Of a stretch of DNA of 49,359 nt, positions 18,680 through 27,745 are shown one piece after another; the first letter of the stretch is position 1; each line of letters begins with the position of its first letter. Made by a program: the position numbers and the translations under genes. The stretch comes from an uncultured Halobacteriales archaeon. Lineage in GTDB: Archaea > Halobacteriota > Halobacteria > Halobacteriales > Hikarchaeaceae. Under the pieces are notes generated by a model. The model was not told the DNA's origin. It searched no databases and was given only the letters and a program-made list of their open reading frames with translations. Location of the stretch: assembly GCA_964404815.1 (NCBI GenBank), contig CAYOLR010000001.1, forward strand, positions 1-49,359. Reading direction: 5' to 3'.

Positions 18680-19669
18680 CTATCCGACGGAGTCGACGTG
18701 CTCGAGTGGGACGACGACACGGTCCGCGATGTCGCCATACACGTCCCGGACCGTCGGGAGGACCTCGTCCGGGCTCGCCTCGATGGCGAACGCCGAGAGC
18801 ATTTCATCCGTCACGAGGTCCGGCATTTCGTCCCACTGTCCATCCGTCGAAAGCCGGTGAAGCTCCATGCCGACGTCCTTCCACCCGTGGTGCTCGAGGA
18901 CGTCATGATAGGTGCGAGTACTGGCGTAAAACGCCACCTGTCGCCGGACATCCGCCCGCTGCCGCTCGACTTCCTCCGGGGTCTCGCCGGTGATGACGAA
19001 CGGGCTTGCGGAGATAACGACATCGTCCATGGATCGGCCGCCCATATCGGCACCCTCGGCGACCGTCGGATGGATCACCTCCTCGGTGTAGGCGGGGGTG
19101 TTGAAGGCATGCATCGCGAGGCCGTCACAGAGCTCACCGGCCAACTTCAGGTTGTATTCGTTGATGCCGGCGATGTAGATGGGAACGTCGGGTGTGTCGA
19201 TCGGTCCGGGATGGAAGAACTCCGTCATCAGCGAGAAGGAGTAGTGATCGCCGTCGTATCCCAGCCGGGCATCGCCCTGGAAGACCGCGAAGATGTGCTG
19301 GAGGGCCTCGACCACCTCGCGGAGCCGCGGGCCCGGGGCGGTCCAGTCGACGCTGAATCGGCGCTCGTTATGTCCCTTTACCTGGGTGCCAAGTCCCAGG
19401 ATGAATCGACCGTTCGAATACCGGGCGAGGTCCCACGCCAGATACGCCAGGACCATCGGACTCCGGGTGAACGAGAGGGCGATCCGGGTCCCGAGGTCGA
19501 TGTCGCTCGTATGCTCGGCCGCGAGCGTCAACGGGAGGAACGCGTCACCGTCGATCTCGTGCGACCAGATACCGTCGAAGCCCCGGTCTTCGGCGGTTAC
19601 GGCCGCTTCGATCACCTCGTCCGACAACCGGGGAATGTTCGCCTCGATACGGAGGTCTGCCATGGCCAA
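18680..19669 (-). CDS. luciferase-like (LLM class) F420/flavin-dependent oxidoreductase
   Basis: 329 aa. AVTAEDRGFDGIWSHE...LGTRIALSFTRSPMVLAYLAWDLARYSNGRFILGLGTQVK. Confidence 0.8.
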   Translation of the reverse strand: MAMADLRIEANIPRLSDEVIEAAVTAEDRGFDGIWSHEIDGDAFLPLTLAAEHTSDIDLGTRIALSFTRSPMVLAYLAWDLARYSNGRFILGLGTQVKGHNERRFSVDWTAPGPRLREVVEALQHIFAVFQGDARLGYDGDHYSFSLMTEFFHPGPIDTPDVPIYIAGINEYNLKLAGELCDGLAMHAFNTPAYTEEVIHPTVAEGADMGGRSMDDVVISASPFVITGETPEEVERQRADVRRQVAFYASTRTYHDVLEHHGWKDVGMELHRLSTDGQWDEMPDLVTDEMLSAFAIEASPDEVLPTVRDVYGDIADRVVVPLEHVDSVG

Positions 19670-19693
19670 GCCTCTCGGGGACCGCCCTTGAGT

Positions 19694-20839
19694 CTACGGC
19701 TCGTGCCGCATCGAGGAGGCGATCACCGACCGCTGGATCTCGCTGGTCGCCCCGGCGACCGTCGCGCTTTTCCCCTCCCGCCAATACCGTTCCATGTCGT
19801 TCTCGGGAAAGAACCCGGCACCGCCCAGGATCTGCATCCCTTGCCGGGAGACTTCCTCCAGCACCTCTCCGGCCTTGAGCTTGGCCTGGGCGGCGAGCCG
19901 TCGGGAGCCATCGCCCTCGTCGAGCCGTGAGGCCGATCGATAGACCATGAGGCGGGCGGCGTCCACTTCGGTCTGGAGGTCCGCGAGCCGATGACCGATC
20001 GCCTGGAACGATGCCACCGATCGACCGAACCGTTCGCGGTCGGTCGCGTGGTCCAATGCGGTGTCGACTGCGGTCTGGGCATTCCCCACCATGGCCGCGG
20101 CGATGTGCGTGTGCTCGCGGATGAGGTGGTGTTCGAGCAGATCCCATCCGTCCCCTTCCGCGCCGATCCGGTTGTCATCGGACACGGAGACGTCGTCGAA
20201 GAAGATGTGGGCGGTCCCGACGGCCTTTCGGGTAACCAGGGGAAGCTCAGTCAGCTCGACCCCGTCACGGTCGTTCGGGATCAACAGGACCGAGAGCCCC
20301 TCACGACCCTCGCTCGGGCCGGTCCGCACGTAACACCCGATGGTGTTCCCCGGCGCCTGGGCCCCGGACTGGTAGATCTTCTCCCCGGTCACCCGGTAAC
20401 CCGTCTCGGTCGGCTCGGCCCTCGTCTGAATGCTCGCGGCATCGCTTCCGGCCTCGGGTTCGGTAACCCCGATGGAGAACCGAAGCTCGCCGTCGAGGAC
20501 CCGCGGCAGCAGCCGTTCGCGCTGGGCCTCTGAGCCGTGGTCGATAAGCAGGTCGGCCACGGTCGCCGTCGTGAGAACGGGCATGCTGAAATCGTAGCCG
20601 AATTTCCCCAGCGCCTCGAGGAGGACCGCCAACTCGACGTGATCGCCACCTTGCCCGCCATAGGCTTCCGGGATGGCGGTGCCGATCCAGCCGTTATCGA
20701 CGACCGCGTCGTAGAGGGCGTGTGGATACGCTCGGTTCTGATACCGTTCGCGGCAGTACTCGACGCCGATCTCGTCGTCCATGAAGGACTCGACGGTCTC
20801 CCGCCAGGCACGGAGGGCGTCGTCGACGGTGAGTCGCAT
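19694..20839 (-). CDS. acyl-CoA dehydrogenase-fold flavoprotein
   Basis: 381 aa. GVTEPEAGSDA...GEKIYQSG...QILGGAGF...TSEIQRSVIA. Gly replaces the MCAD-type catalytic Glu (TVAGATSEIQ), but a Glu aligns with the isovaleryl-CoA dehydrogenase-type base position (LIREHTHIAAA). Confidence 0.85.
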   Translation of the reverse strand: MRLTVDDALRAWRETVESFMDDEIGVEYCRERYQNRAYPHALYDAVVDNGWIGTAIPEAYGGQGGDHVELAVLLEALGKFGYDFSMPVLTTATVADLLIDHGSEAQRERLLPRVLDGELRFSIGVTEPEAGSDAASIQTRAEPTETGYRVTGEKIYQSGAQAPGNTIGCYVRTGPSEGREGLSVLLIPNDRDGVELTELPLVTRKAVGTAHIFFDDVSVSDDNRIGAEGDGWDLLEHHLIREHTHIAAAMVGNAQTAVDTALDHATDRERFGRSVASFQAIGHRLADLQTEVDAARLMVYRSASRLDEGDGSRRLAAQAKLKAGEVLEEVSRQGMQILGGAGFFPENDMERYWREGKSATVAGATSEIQRSVIASSMRHEP

Positions 20840-20875
20840 GCCGACCGGTTCCCCGGCCCGTGAGTTATACTTTCG

Positions 20876-21361
20876 TCAGCTCAGGCTGCCCCACTCGCCC
20901 CGGAAGAAGGTGAGGGCCTCGCCGTGGGCGAGCGTATCCGCCGCCTCGACCTCGCCGACGTAGATGGTGTGGTCGCCGCCCGGGAAGGAGTCGTGCAGTC
21001 GACAGTCGGCGTAGGCCAGGCTCTCCTCGAAGATCGGGGCGCCGGAGGCTTCCGTCCGGGTGGGGTCGGCCTCGAACGGGGATGGATCCAAGTCGAGCAT
21101 GTCGGCGAAGTATTCGCCCAGGTGCTGCTGATCGGCCGCGAGAATGTTGAAACAGAAGCCGTCCACCTCGCCGTTCTCGAGGAGTTCGTAACTCTTGGTC
21201 CCGTGATCGATACAGACGAGGGCGAGCGGTGGGTCCAGGGACACGCTGGTCACGGCGTTGGCTGTAATCCCATGGGGCGGGTCGCTGGGATACGTCACGA
21301 TCGTCACACCGGTGGCGAAATTGCCGAAAACCGACCGAAACCGATCCGGATCGACACTCAT
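20876..21361 (-). CDS. flavin reductase family protein (NAD(P)H:flavin oxidoreductase-like)
   Basis: 161 aa. FRSVFGNFATGVTIVT...HGITANAVTSVSLDPPLALVCI. Confidence 0.85.
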   Translation of the reverse strand: MSVDPDRFRSVFGNFATGVTIVTYPSDPPHGITANAVTSVSLDPPLALVCIDHGTKSYELLENGEVDGFCFNILAADQQHLGEYFADMLDLDPSPFEADPTRTEASGAPIFEESLAYADCRLHDSFPGGDHTIYVGEVEAADTLAHGEALTFFRGEWGSLS

Positions 21362-21385
21362 GCACGCGGGTTGTCCGGGCCCGGT

Positions 21386-22624
21386 CTATAAGGTGTCGGA
21401 CCCGGCTTCCGGCCGGGGCATCGGTGGGTGCCAGGCCAGGATAAGGGTCGCCCCGACGACCAGTATCCCCCCGCCGACGGCCATGGCGAAAAGCGGCGAG
21501 ACGAGGTCCGAGAGCACACCGCTCCCGAGCTGGAAGGGAACCACCGTCACCCCGCTGACCATCGCCATGGCGCTCAACACCGTCGCCCGGCCGACGGTCC
21601 GTATCCGGTCGTTGACGTATTGGCTCGCCAACGACCGCGTCACGTCGACGATTCCCCGGGTCACGAGCAACGTCGGGAGCGCGAGTACGGGTACGAAGAA
21701 CATCGCCACCATCGCCCCGCCGATACCGAACGGCAGCCCGACGAACCAGCGTCGGAGACCGATGCGGTCCTTGATCGCGCCGGCGTTGTAACTGAGGGCC
21801 GCCCCGACGAGGCTGTAGGCGCCGTAGAACCACCCGAGGAGGGGTTCGACCTGCGATGCGGATATGCCCAGATCCACGACGACCGTCTCGAAGATCGGCT
21901 GGAGGAAGATGAACGCCAGGTAGGTCACGGCAGCGAACAGCACGTAGTAATACAGGATGAACGACCGCAACTCCCGCCGGCTAATGGCGTCGCGGACGAT
22001 ACCAAACGTCTGCCGGATCCCTAGCGAGTCCGAATTCGACTCGCGGTAGGTCTCTGATTCACCCATGGTAAGCAGTGCCGGAACCCCCAATGCCGTAACG
22101 CCGGAGGCGACGAACCAAGGGTAGGACAGGTCGATTCCCCCGAGGTACCCACCAATGACCGCAGCCACGACCCCGATCCCCAGGGCGACGGCCTCTCCAC
22201 GGCCACGGATCAGCGTGAACATTTCCTCCCCGATGGCATCCGCGAGCGTGTCGTAGAGCCAGGCGTCTTCGCTCCCCGATCGGAAGGTATAGCCGAGCGA
22301 CCAGGCGACGTATAGTCCGGCGAACGGCAGGAAGGACTCCGCGAGCCCTAGTCCGAGCAACGAGCCTGCAATGAGGACGGTTCCGACGAGGAGACTGTTC
22401 CGGCGGCCGACCCGGTCGCCGATGTACCCGGTCGGAATCTCGCCAAAAACCGTCGTCAGGTTGTACAGGGCTTCGAGGATGGCGATCTCCGTGAACGTGA
22501 GCCCCTGGGAAAGGAAATAGAGGAACATGATCGGCCGGTAGAACTCGACCGCATTGGTGGCCTTAAAGAGGTAATATGCGGCGATCGCACCGACGTCACC
22601 ACTGCCGATTCGGCCGATAGCCAT
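21386..22624 (-). CDS. MFS transporter
   Basis: 412 aa, about 12 TM. GYIGDRVGRRNSLL loop motif. Lies 24 nt upstream of the flavin reductase gene. Confidence 0.85.
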   Translation of the reverse strand: MAIGRIGSGDVGAIAAYYLFKATNAVEFYRPIMFLYFLSQGLTFTEIAILEALYNLTTVFGEIPTGYIGDRVGRRNSLLVGTVLIAGSLLGLGLAESFLPFAGLYVAWSLGYTFRSGSEDAWLYDTLADAIGEEMFTLIRGRGEAVALGIGVVAAVIGGYLGGIDLSYPWFVASGVTALGVPALLTMGESETYRESNSDSLGIRQTFGIVRDAISRRELRSFILYYYVLFAAVTYLAFIFLQPIFETVVVDLGISASQVEPLLGWFYGAYSLVGAALSYNAGAIKDRIGLRRWFVGLPFGIGGAMVAMFFVPVLALPTLLVTRGIVDVTRSLASQYVNDRIRTVGRATVLSAMAMVSGVTVVPFQLGSGVLSDLVSPLFAMAVGGGILVVGATLILAWHPPMPRPEAGSDTL

Positions 22625-22700
22625 TCCTTACCAACCCGAGGCGGGCGTGACAACTAAGTTGCGCTCCCCTGGCGACGGGTTCGGAAGCCACCCCTCCGGA

Positions 22701-23666
22701 TCACGGGGCGTACACGAGATAGGCGAGGAGGTACCCGCCGACCGCGAGGGTGACGGCTGCGAGGCCCGTCGCGATGGGCGTCAGATACCCGTTCCGGACG
22801 GGGGTCCGGTCCACCAGTGTGGGGGCGACGCCGAGGACTGCCCCGGTCGCAAGCGTCCCGAGGGTGAAATGATAGGCCACGGCCAACGTCGGGGGGCGAA
22901 TAAACAGGACTGCGGCAGCGAACCCGATCCCGATGGTGGCCCGCCACGCGATGTGGTCCCGAAGGGTATCCGCTGTGACACGGGTGATGAGCCAAAGGAC
23001 GCTCCAGGCGAGCAAAATCTCGATCGCAAAGAGCCCGATCAGGTTGACCGTGGGATCGGAGGCAACGGCGACTTTCTCGACGGAGGGCTCCGTCAGGACT
23101 GGGTACAGGAACGCAGGCGGCCGGCCCATGAAGACGTCACCGAAGGGGTGGGTGAGGAGCCCAAGCGCGGCCGTCCCCCCGACCACCCGGGCGGGGAGAT
23201 CGGCCCTGACCGCCAGCGCCGTAATGGCGAGCGCAACTCCGAGATACAGCCCCATCGTTGCCACGCCTAGGATGCCATCACTCAGGAACCCGACCGCCAC
23301 CAGGCCGGCAGCGATCCCCACGACGAGCCCGGCGGCGAGGAGACGATGACGGTTCCGAGGGCGGCGGATCCCGGTGGCGACGATGAAGGAGAGTACGGCT
23401 GTAACAGCCCCGATAAGCAACGAATGGGTGAGCGACCGGTGGACGAACCACCCCTCGGTCGTCCACACGTATTCGGTGGTGGGAAACACGTTGGAGGGGC
23501 CGGCCCGGAGCACGGCCCAGAGGGTATATGCCGAGTCGACGTCGGGCACGATGGCGAAGCCGGCGGCGGCCGCGCCGACCAGCAGGACCGTCCGCTCCCG
23601 GGCACCGTATCCCCAGGCGACGAGCCCGGCGAGGGTGAACGCAAGGAGCGAATGCCCGACGTACAT
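22701..23666 (-). CDS. membrane-bound metal-dependent hydrolase (YdjM / DUF457-like)
   Basis: ATG at 23666 (MYVGHSLLAF...). Multiple TM segments and conserved His/Asp positions (PDVDS, HRSLTHS, THPFGD). Confidence 0.7.
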   Translation of the reverse strand: MYVGHSLLAFTLAGLVAWGYGARERTVLLVGAAAAGFAIVPDVDSAYTLWAVLRAGPSNVFPTTEYVWTTEGWFVHRSLTHSLLIGAVTAVLSFIVATGIRRPRNRHRLLAAGLVVGIAAGLVAVGFLSDGILGVATMGLYLGVALAITALAVRADLPARVVGGTAALGLLTHPFGDVFMGRPPAFLYPVLTEPSVEKVAVASDPTVNLIGLFAIEILLAWSVLWLITRVTADTLRDHIAWRATIGIGFAAAVLFIRPPTLAVAYHFTLGTLATGAVLGVAPTLVDRTPVRNGYLTPIATGLAAVTLAVGGYLLAYLVYAP

Positions 23667-23787
23667 TGCGTTCCAGTAGGGGAGCGAGCGGATAAAAGTA
23701 GCGCGGCTTCCAGGGGTTGACCCCGCCGCCCTCGCCCGGTGACCGCCGAAGCGGGGCGTTTTCAACTCGGGAGTCCTCGTAAGATGT

Positions 23788-24384
23788 ATGGGTGATAGGC
23801 GATCGGTGGGTTGGATCCTGGCCGGCCTCGTCCAGCTGGCCCTCGCGAGCATCCTCGTCATGAGCCATTTCACCACCACCTCGCCGTTTGTCTACCCCCA
23901 CTACGTGCTCCTCATCCTGTTCCATCCGCTCCTCCTGCGCCTGGTGAGCGTCAGGATCCCGCCGTGGCAGCGGGGCTACATCGCGACGGCCCTTTTCCTT
24001 CACCCGATGGGCGGCCTCTACGGGTTCTACAACACGATCTGGTATTTCGACCACATCACCCACTTCATGTCCGCCACACTGGTCTCCGCGATCGGATACG
24101 TGCTGGCGCGCTCCCGGTGGGGATACACCGGCCATGGTCGGTGGCTGGTCCCCGCTTTCACCCTGGTCTTCATCCTCACCGCCGGGTTCTTTTGGGAGAT
24201 CATCGAGATCCTGACGCCGGTCCTGACGGTCTACGGGCCGAACGACACGGCTTGGGACTACGTGTTCAATACCCTCGGCGGGCTGGTCGTCATCGCCTTC
24301 GGTCGATACATCCTCGCCGAGGCCGCGGACGACCTGGACACCCAGATCGACCTTGAGACCCTTCCGCCACAGCCAGCGGATTAA
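23788..24384 (+). CDS. integral membrane protein, unknown function
   Basis: 198 aa, 5-6 TM. YFDHITHFMSA segment. Family not recognised. Confidence 0.65.
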   Translation: MGDRRSVGWILAGLVQLALASILVMSHFTTTSPFVYPHYVLLILFHPLLLRLVSVRIPPWQRGYIATALFLHPMGGLYGFYNTIWYFDHITHFMSATLVSAIGYVLARSRWGYTGHGRWLVPAFTLVFILTAGFFWEIIEILTPVLTVYGPNDTAWDYVFNTLGGLVVIAFGRYILAEAADDLDTQIDLETLPPQPAD

Positions 24385-25410
24385 CTACCACCGGGCGTAG
24401 CGGTTCCAGTAGACGTCGGTGGTCCGATGGCGGTCGTTATAGGCCTCGATCCCCTCGCCGAGGACTCCCCGGAGGCCGAGGTCGTCGTACAGCGTCGAAT
24501 GGGTGTAGTCGACGAACGTCATCGGGACGACGAGTTCGCCGTCGTCACGGATGGCGCTCGCGATCCCGGTATAGACGTGTTTATGCCGGGCGTCAGTGAC
24601 GACGGCCCCGAAGACGGGGACGGTTTGTTTTGCCGCCGGAACCGCGTGAAGTGCCTCGATTGATCGGTAGGCGAACTCGTAGCAGAACAGGCCGGTGTTC
24701 TCGCCGGCGAGGAGGCCCTCGAAACTCGCCGGCGAGCGGAACGGGTCCCGGAGGTCGCCCGCGCCGAACAGGATATTGTCCTCGATCGAGCCGGCGGCGT
24801 ATCGGGTGAAGTCGTAGTTCGAGAACTCCCGGAATCCCCAGGCAAGCCCGTCGATCGTCGGCGCCACGGCCGTAGGATCGGTATCGGTGAATCGGCTGAC
24901 CTGCTCGACGGGTGGCATCCTGAACCGTTCGCCCCGCAACGCGTCGACGGTCGCCGCCCGGGCATCCGCGGATGTGATCCGATCGAAGAACGCGGGAGTT
25001 CGGGAGAACGCGAACTCGACCTCCCCCGCGCCGATCGCCGCAAGGTCGGTGCCCAGGTCGTGGACTGATTTAGGGGCGTCCGACAGGGTTCCCTCCTTGG
25101 GCGTTGCCCCGAGTGCAACCTGGTCTAGCGTCCCGTCTGGCGATCGGACGGCAACTGTCTCGGACCCGAGGCTGACCCGATGGCCCTCGATGGTTGTCGA
25201 AAGCTCGCCGGACGGAAACCGTTGGGCGACGTATCTCTCGAGATCCTGATCGAGGAGGTTCGTCCCGGTGAGAACCCCGTAGCCGACGAAAATGTTGTCG
25301 ACTGCCTTGCCGCCGCCGAGCGAGAGGCCGCCCCCGACGACCCCGCCGAGCAGCTCCCGGCGTGACAGCTCGATATCCGCGAGGTCGGCGACCTCCTCGC
25401 GACGACTCAT
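24385..25410 (-). CDS. Tat-signal secreted protein with a possible transglutaminase-like Cys-His-Asp core
   Basis: ATG at 25410 (MSRREEVADLADIELSRRELLGGVVGG, twin-arginine motif). C-terminal GLFCYEFAY...ARHKHVYTG...FVDYT. The function call is tentative. Confidence 0.65.
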   Translation of the reverse strand: MSRREEVADLADIELSRRELLGGVVGGGLSLGGGKAVDNIFVGYGVLTGTNLLDQDLERYVAQRFPSGELSTTIEGHRVSLGSETVAVRSPDGTLDQVALGATPKEGTLSDAPKSVHDLGTDLAAIGAGEVEFAFSRTPAFFDRITSADARAATVDALRGERFRMPPVEQVSRFTDTDPTAVAPTIDGLAWGFREFSNYDFTRYAAGSIEDNILFGAGDLRDPFRSPASFEGLLAGENTGLFCYEFAYRSIEALHAVPAAKQTVPVFGAVVTDARHKHVYTGIASAIRDDGELVVPMTFVDYTHSTLYDDLGLRGVLGEGIEAYNDRHRTTDVYWNRYARW

Positions 25411-25477
25411 TGTCCGGTGATTACCGCCGCCAGCCAAGTATCTTCTGCGGTCGCCGACATCGGACCCCCCGGTCGGG

Positions 25478-27535
25478 TCAGGGCTGTCGATCCGCGACCG
25501 CAGCGTCGAAATGCCGATCCTCGATCCTGATCTCCTCGGCGGTCTCGTTGGCTGTCGCCGGCCCTCGCTCGCGAACGGCCTCGCGGATGGCCCGCATCGC
25601 CGCTCCCCTGACGACGCCGGCCAGATCAGCTCCGGTCGCGCCCTCGAGTGAAGCCGCGATGTCGTCGAGGTCGATAGCCTCATCGAGCGGTTTGTCCCGG
25701 GTGTGGACCTCAAGGATCGCCCGCCGGGCTTCGCGGTCGGGCAACGGGACCTCGATGTGATCCTCGAGCCGCCCCGGTCTGAGGAGCGCCGGGTCGAGGA
25801 CCTCCTTCCGGTTTGTCGCCGCCAACACCACCACGTTCGGGTTGTCGATCACGCCATCCAGTTCGGATAGGAGCTGTGAGACGACGCGTTCGGTGACCTC
25901 GTGACCCTCGCCGCGGCGGGCCGCGACCGCGTCGATTTCATCGAAAAAGACGATCGACGGGGCGGCCTGGCGGGCTCGCTCGAACACCTCGCGCACCGCC
26001 TTCTCGGACTCCCCGACGTACTTGTCGATCAGCTCGGGCCCCTGGACGTGGATCACATTCACCTCGGTCTCGTGACCGATCGCCCTGGCCAGGAGGGTCT
26101 TCCCCGTCCCCGGTGGCCCGTACAACAGGATCCCGGTCGGTGGTTCGGTCCCGGTCTCTTCGAACAGCCGTGGGTAGGCCAGCGGCCACTCGATGGCCTC
26201 CCGGAGGGCCGCCTTCGCATCCCCCAGTCCGCCGATGTCGTCGAAGCCGGTCGTGGGCGTTTCGGCCACGAACTCCCGCATGGCGGATGGATCCACCGCC
26301 GATAGCGCGACCTCGATATCGGCCTTGGTCACCCGGAGTTCGTCGGTTCCCGCCTCCCGGGACCGCCGGAGTGCCGCCATGGCCGCCTCGGTGATCAACG
26401 CCTTGCAGTCGGCCCCGACGAACCCGTGGGTTCTGGCTGCGAGTCGGTCGAGATCGACATCCTCGGCCAACGGAACGGCACGGGTATGGATCCCGAGGAT
26501 CTTCCGGCGGCCGGCCTGGTCGGGGACACCGATCTCGATCTCTCGATCGAACCGGCCGGGCCGGCGCAGGGCGGGATCGATGGCGTCCGACCGGTTCGTC
26601 GCGCCGATCACGACAACGTCGCCCCGCGTTTCGAGGCCGTCCATGAGCGACAACAACTGGGCGACGATCCGGGTCTCCATGTCGCTCCCTTCCCGCTTCG
26701 CCGCGAGCGCGTCGATCTCGTCGAAGAACACGATTGCGGGTGCGGCCTCCCGCGCTTGGTCGAAGATCTCGCGCAGGCGTTCCTCGCTCTCGCCCTTGTA
26801 TTTGGACGTGATCTCCGGCCCGGAGACGTGGAAGAAGGTCGCGTCAACCGCGTTCGCGACCGCCTCGGCGATCAGCGTCTTGCCGGTTCCCGGCGGGCCG
26901 TGCAGAAGCACGCCGGTCGGGGGATCGATCCCGAGTCGGTCGAACAGTTCGGGCTCGGCGAGGGGGAGTTCGACCATCTCCCTGACCAACGAGAGTTCCT
27001 CGGCGAGGCCGCCGATGTCGTCGTAGGTGGTTCGGTCGATCTGTTCCTCCGAAGGCTTCTCGGCGGGCTCGGTCGCCCTGATCGTGATCGCGGTTTCGTC
27101 CGTTACTCGTACCGGCCCATCGGGACGCGTGTCGAGAACGGTCGCCGGCCGGCCGTCGACGGTCAGGGTGTCGCCGGCCGTGACCGGCCGATCGCGGAGG
27201 GTATCGCGGATGGCGGACCTCGCGGCCCCACCCGCCGACGTCGCGTCCACGGTAACCGACGCGGCGTCCGGGACGCGCTCGGCGCGCACCGTCACGGTCC
27301 CGCCGGGCTGGACCCCCGTTCGCGATCGGGTGCCACGGTCGAGGATGACCGCGTCATCCGACTGCCCCGACTCGCCGGGCCAGACGGTCGCGACGGCGGC
27401 CTGTTCTCCCTGGACGATCACGGTATCACCGCTCAATACCCCGAGCGATCGACGGACGGGTTCCGGCAACCTCGCCGTCGGTCCGGACCCGTCCTGACCG
27501 CCGGCCTCCCGGACAGTTAGTTGGGCTTGGCTCAT
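25478..27535 (-). CDS. cdc48: Cdc48/VCP-type AAA+ ATPase (two AAA domains)
   Basis: ATG at 27535 (MSQAQLTVREA...). Cdc48 N-domain-like start. Two GPPGTGKT Walker A motifs, two FFDEID Walker B motifs, and two second-region-of-homology segments. Confidence 0.93.
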   Translation of the reverse strand: MSQAQLTVREAGGQDGSGPTARLPEPVRRSLGVLSGDTVIVQGEQAAVATVWPGESGQSDDAVILDRGTRSRTGVQPGGTVTVRAERVPDAASVTVDATSAGGAARSAIRDTLRDRPVTAGDTLTVDGRPATVLDTRPDGPVRVTDETAITIRATEPAEKPSEEQIDRTTYDDIGGLAEELSLVREMVELPLAEPELFDRLGIDPPTGVLLHGPPGTGKTLIAEAVANAVDATFFHVSGPEITSKYKGESEERLREIFDQAREAAPAIVFFDEIDALAAKREGSDMETRIVAQLLSLMDGLETRGDVVVIGATNRSDAIDPALRRPGRFDREIEIGVPDQAGRRKILGIHTRAVPLAEDVDLDRLAARTHGFVGADCKALITEAAMAALRRSREAGTDELRVTKADIEVALSAVDPSAMREFVAETPTTGFDDIGGLGDAKAALREAIEWPLAYPRLFEETGTEPPTGILLYGPPGTGKTLLARAIGHETEVNVIHVQGPELIDKYVGESEKAVREVFERARQAAPSIVFFDEIDAVAARRGEGHEVTERVVSQLLSELDGVIDNPNVVVLAATNRKEVLDPALLRPGRLEDHIEVPLPDREARRAILEVHTRDKPLDEAIDLDDIAASLEGATGADLAGVVRGAAMRAIREAVRERGPATANETAEEIRIEDRHFDAAVADRQP

Positions 27536-27589
27536 TGGCCCTCCCGCCTCGGGGTAACGCATTTAGCGATGGATCGCCCATTTCCACAC

Positions 27590-27724
27590 ATGGTCGTGAA
27601 GACCGAGCGCGATGACATGACGTGGTACCGGTGCGAGGAGTGCGGCCTCATGTTCGACGATCCAGATGACGCGCGTCAGCACGAGGAGAACTGCGACGCC
27701 GAGGAGCCGTCATACATCCAATAA
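27590..27724 (+). CDS. zinc-finger micro-protein (C2H2/C2HC-like), about 44 aa
   Basis: YRCEECGLMFDDPDDARQHEENC fits C-x2-C-x3-F-x5-A-x2-H-x3-C. The start is uncertain: ATG 27590 or the internal ATG for MTWYR. Confidence 0.55.
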   Translation: MVVKTERDDMTWYRCEECGLMFDDPDDARQHEENCDAEEPSYIQ

Positions 27725-27745
27725 TCACGGTCGACAGGCTCGGGG

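Noticed and set aside
18641-19930. 429-aa ORF antisense to the LLM oxidoreductase and the ACAD 3' end
   Set aside because: Antisense artefact spanning two well-supported genes.
18680-21361. Dsz-like desulfurisation operon (DszA/DszC/DszD analogues)
   Set aside because: The LLM protein is only 329 aa and looks like the F420-reductase class rather than DszA-size monooxygenases. The ACAD-fold protein retains a Glu at the IVD-type catalytic position. The analogy is not supported beyond fold families.
23667-23879. N-terminal extensions of track ORFs. This one is the example; the others are 9893-10159, 18637-18807, 25411-25713, 31396-31500, 32243-32389, 36207-36482 and 37916-37978.
   Set aside because: The extensions are Arg/Pro-rich and run into upstream genes or promoter regions. 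Internal ATGs give canonical family N-termini.
26193-27520. 277-aa and 364-aa ORFs antisense to cdc48
   Set aside because: Antisense artefacts. The sense frame has a duplicated AAA+ motif set.
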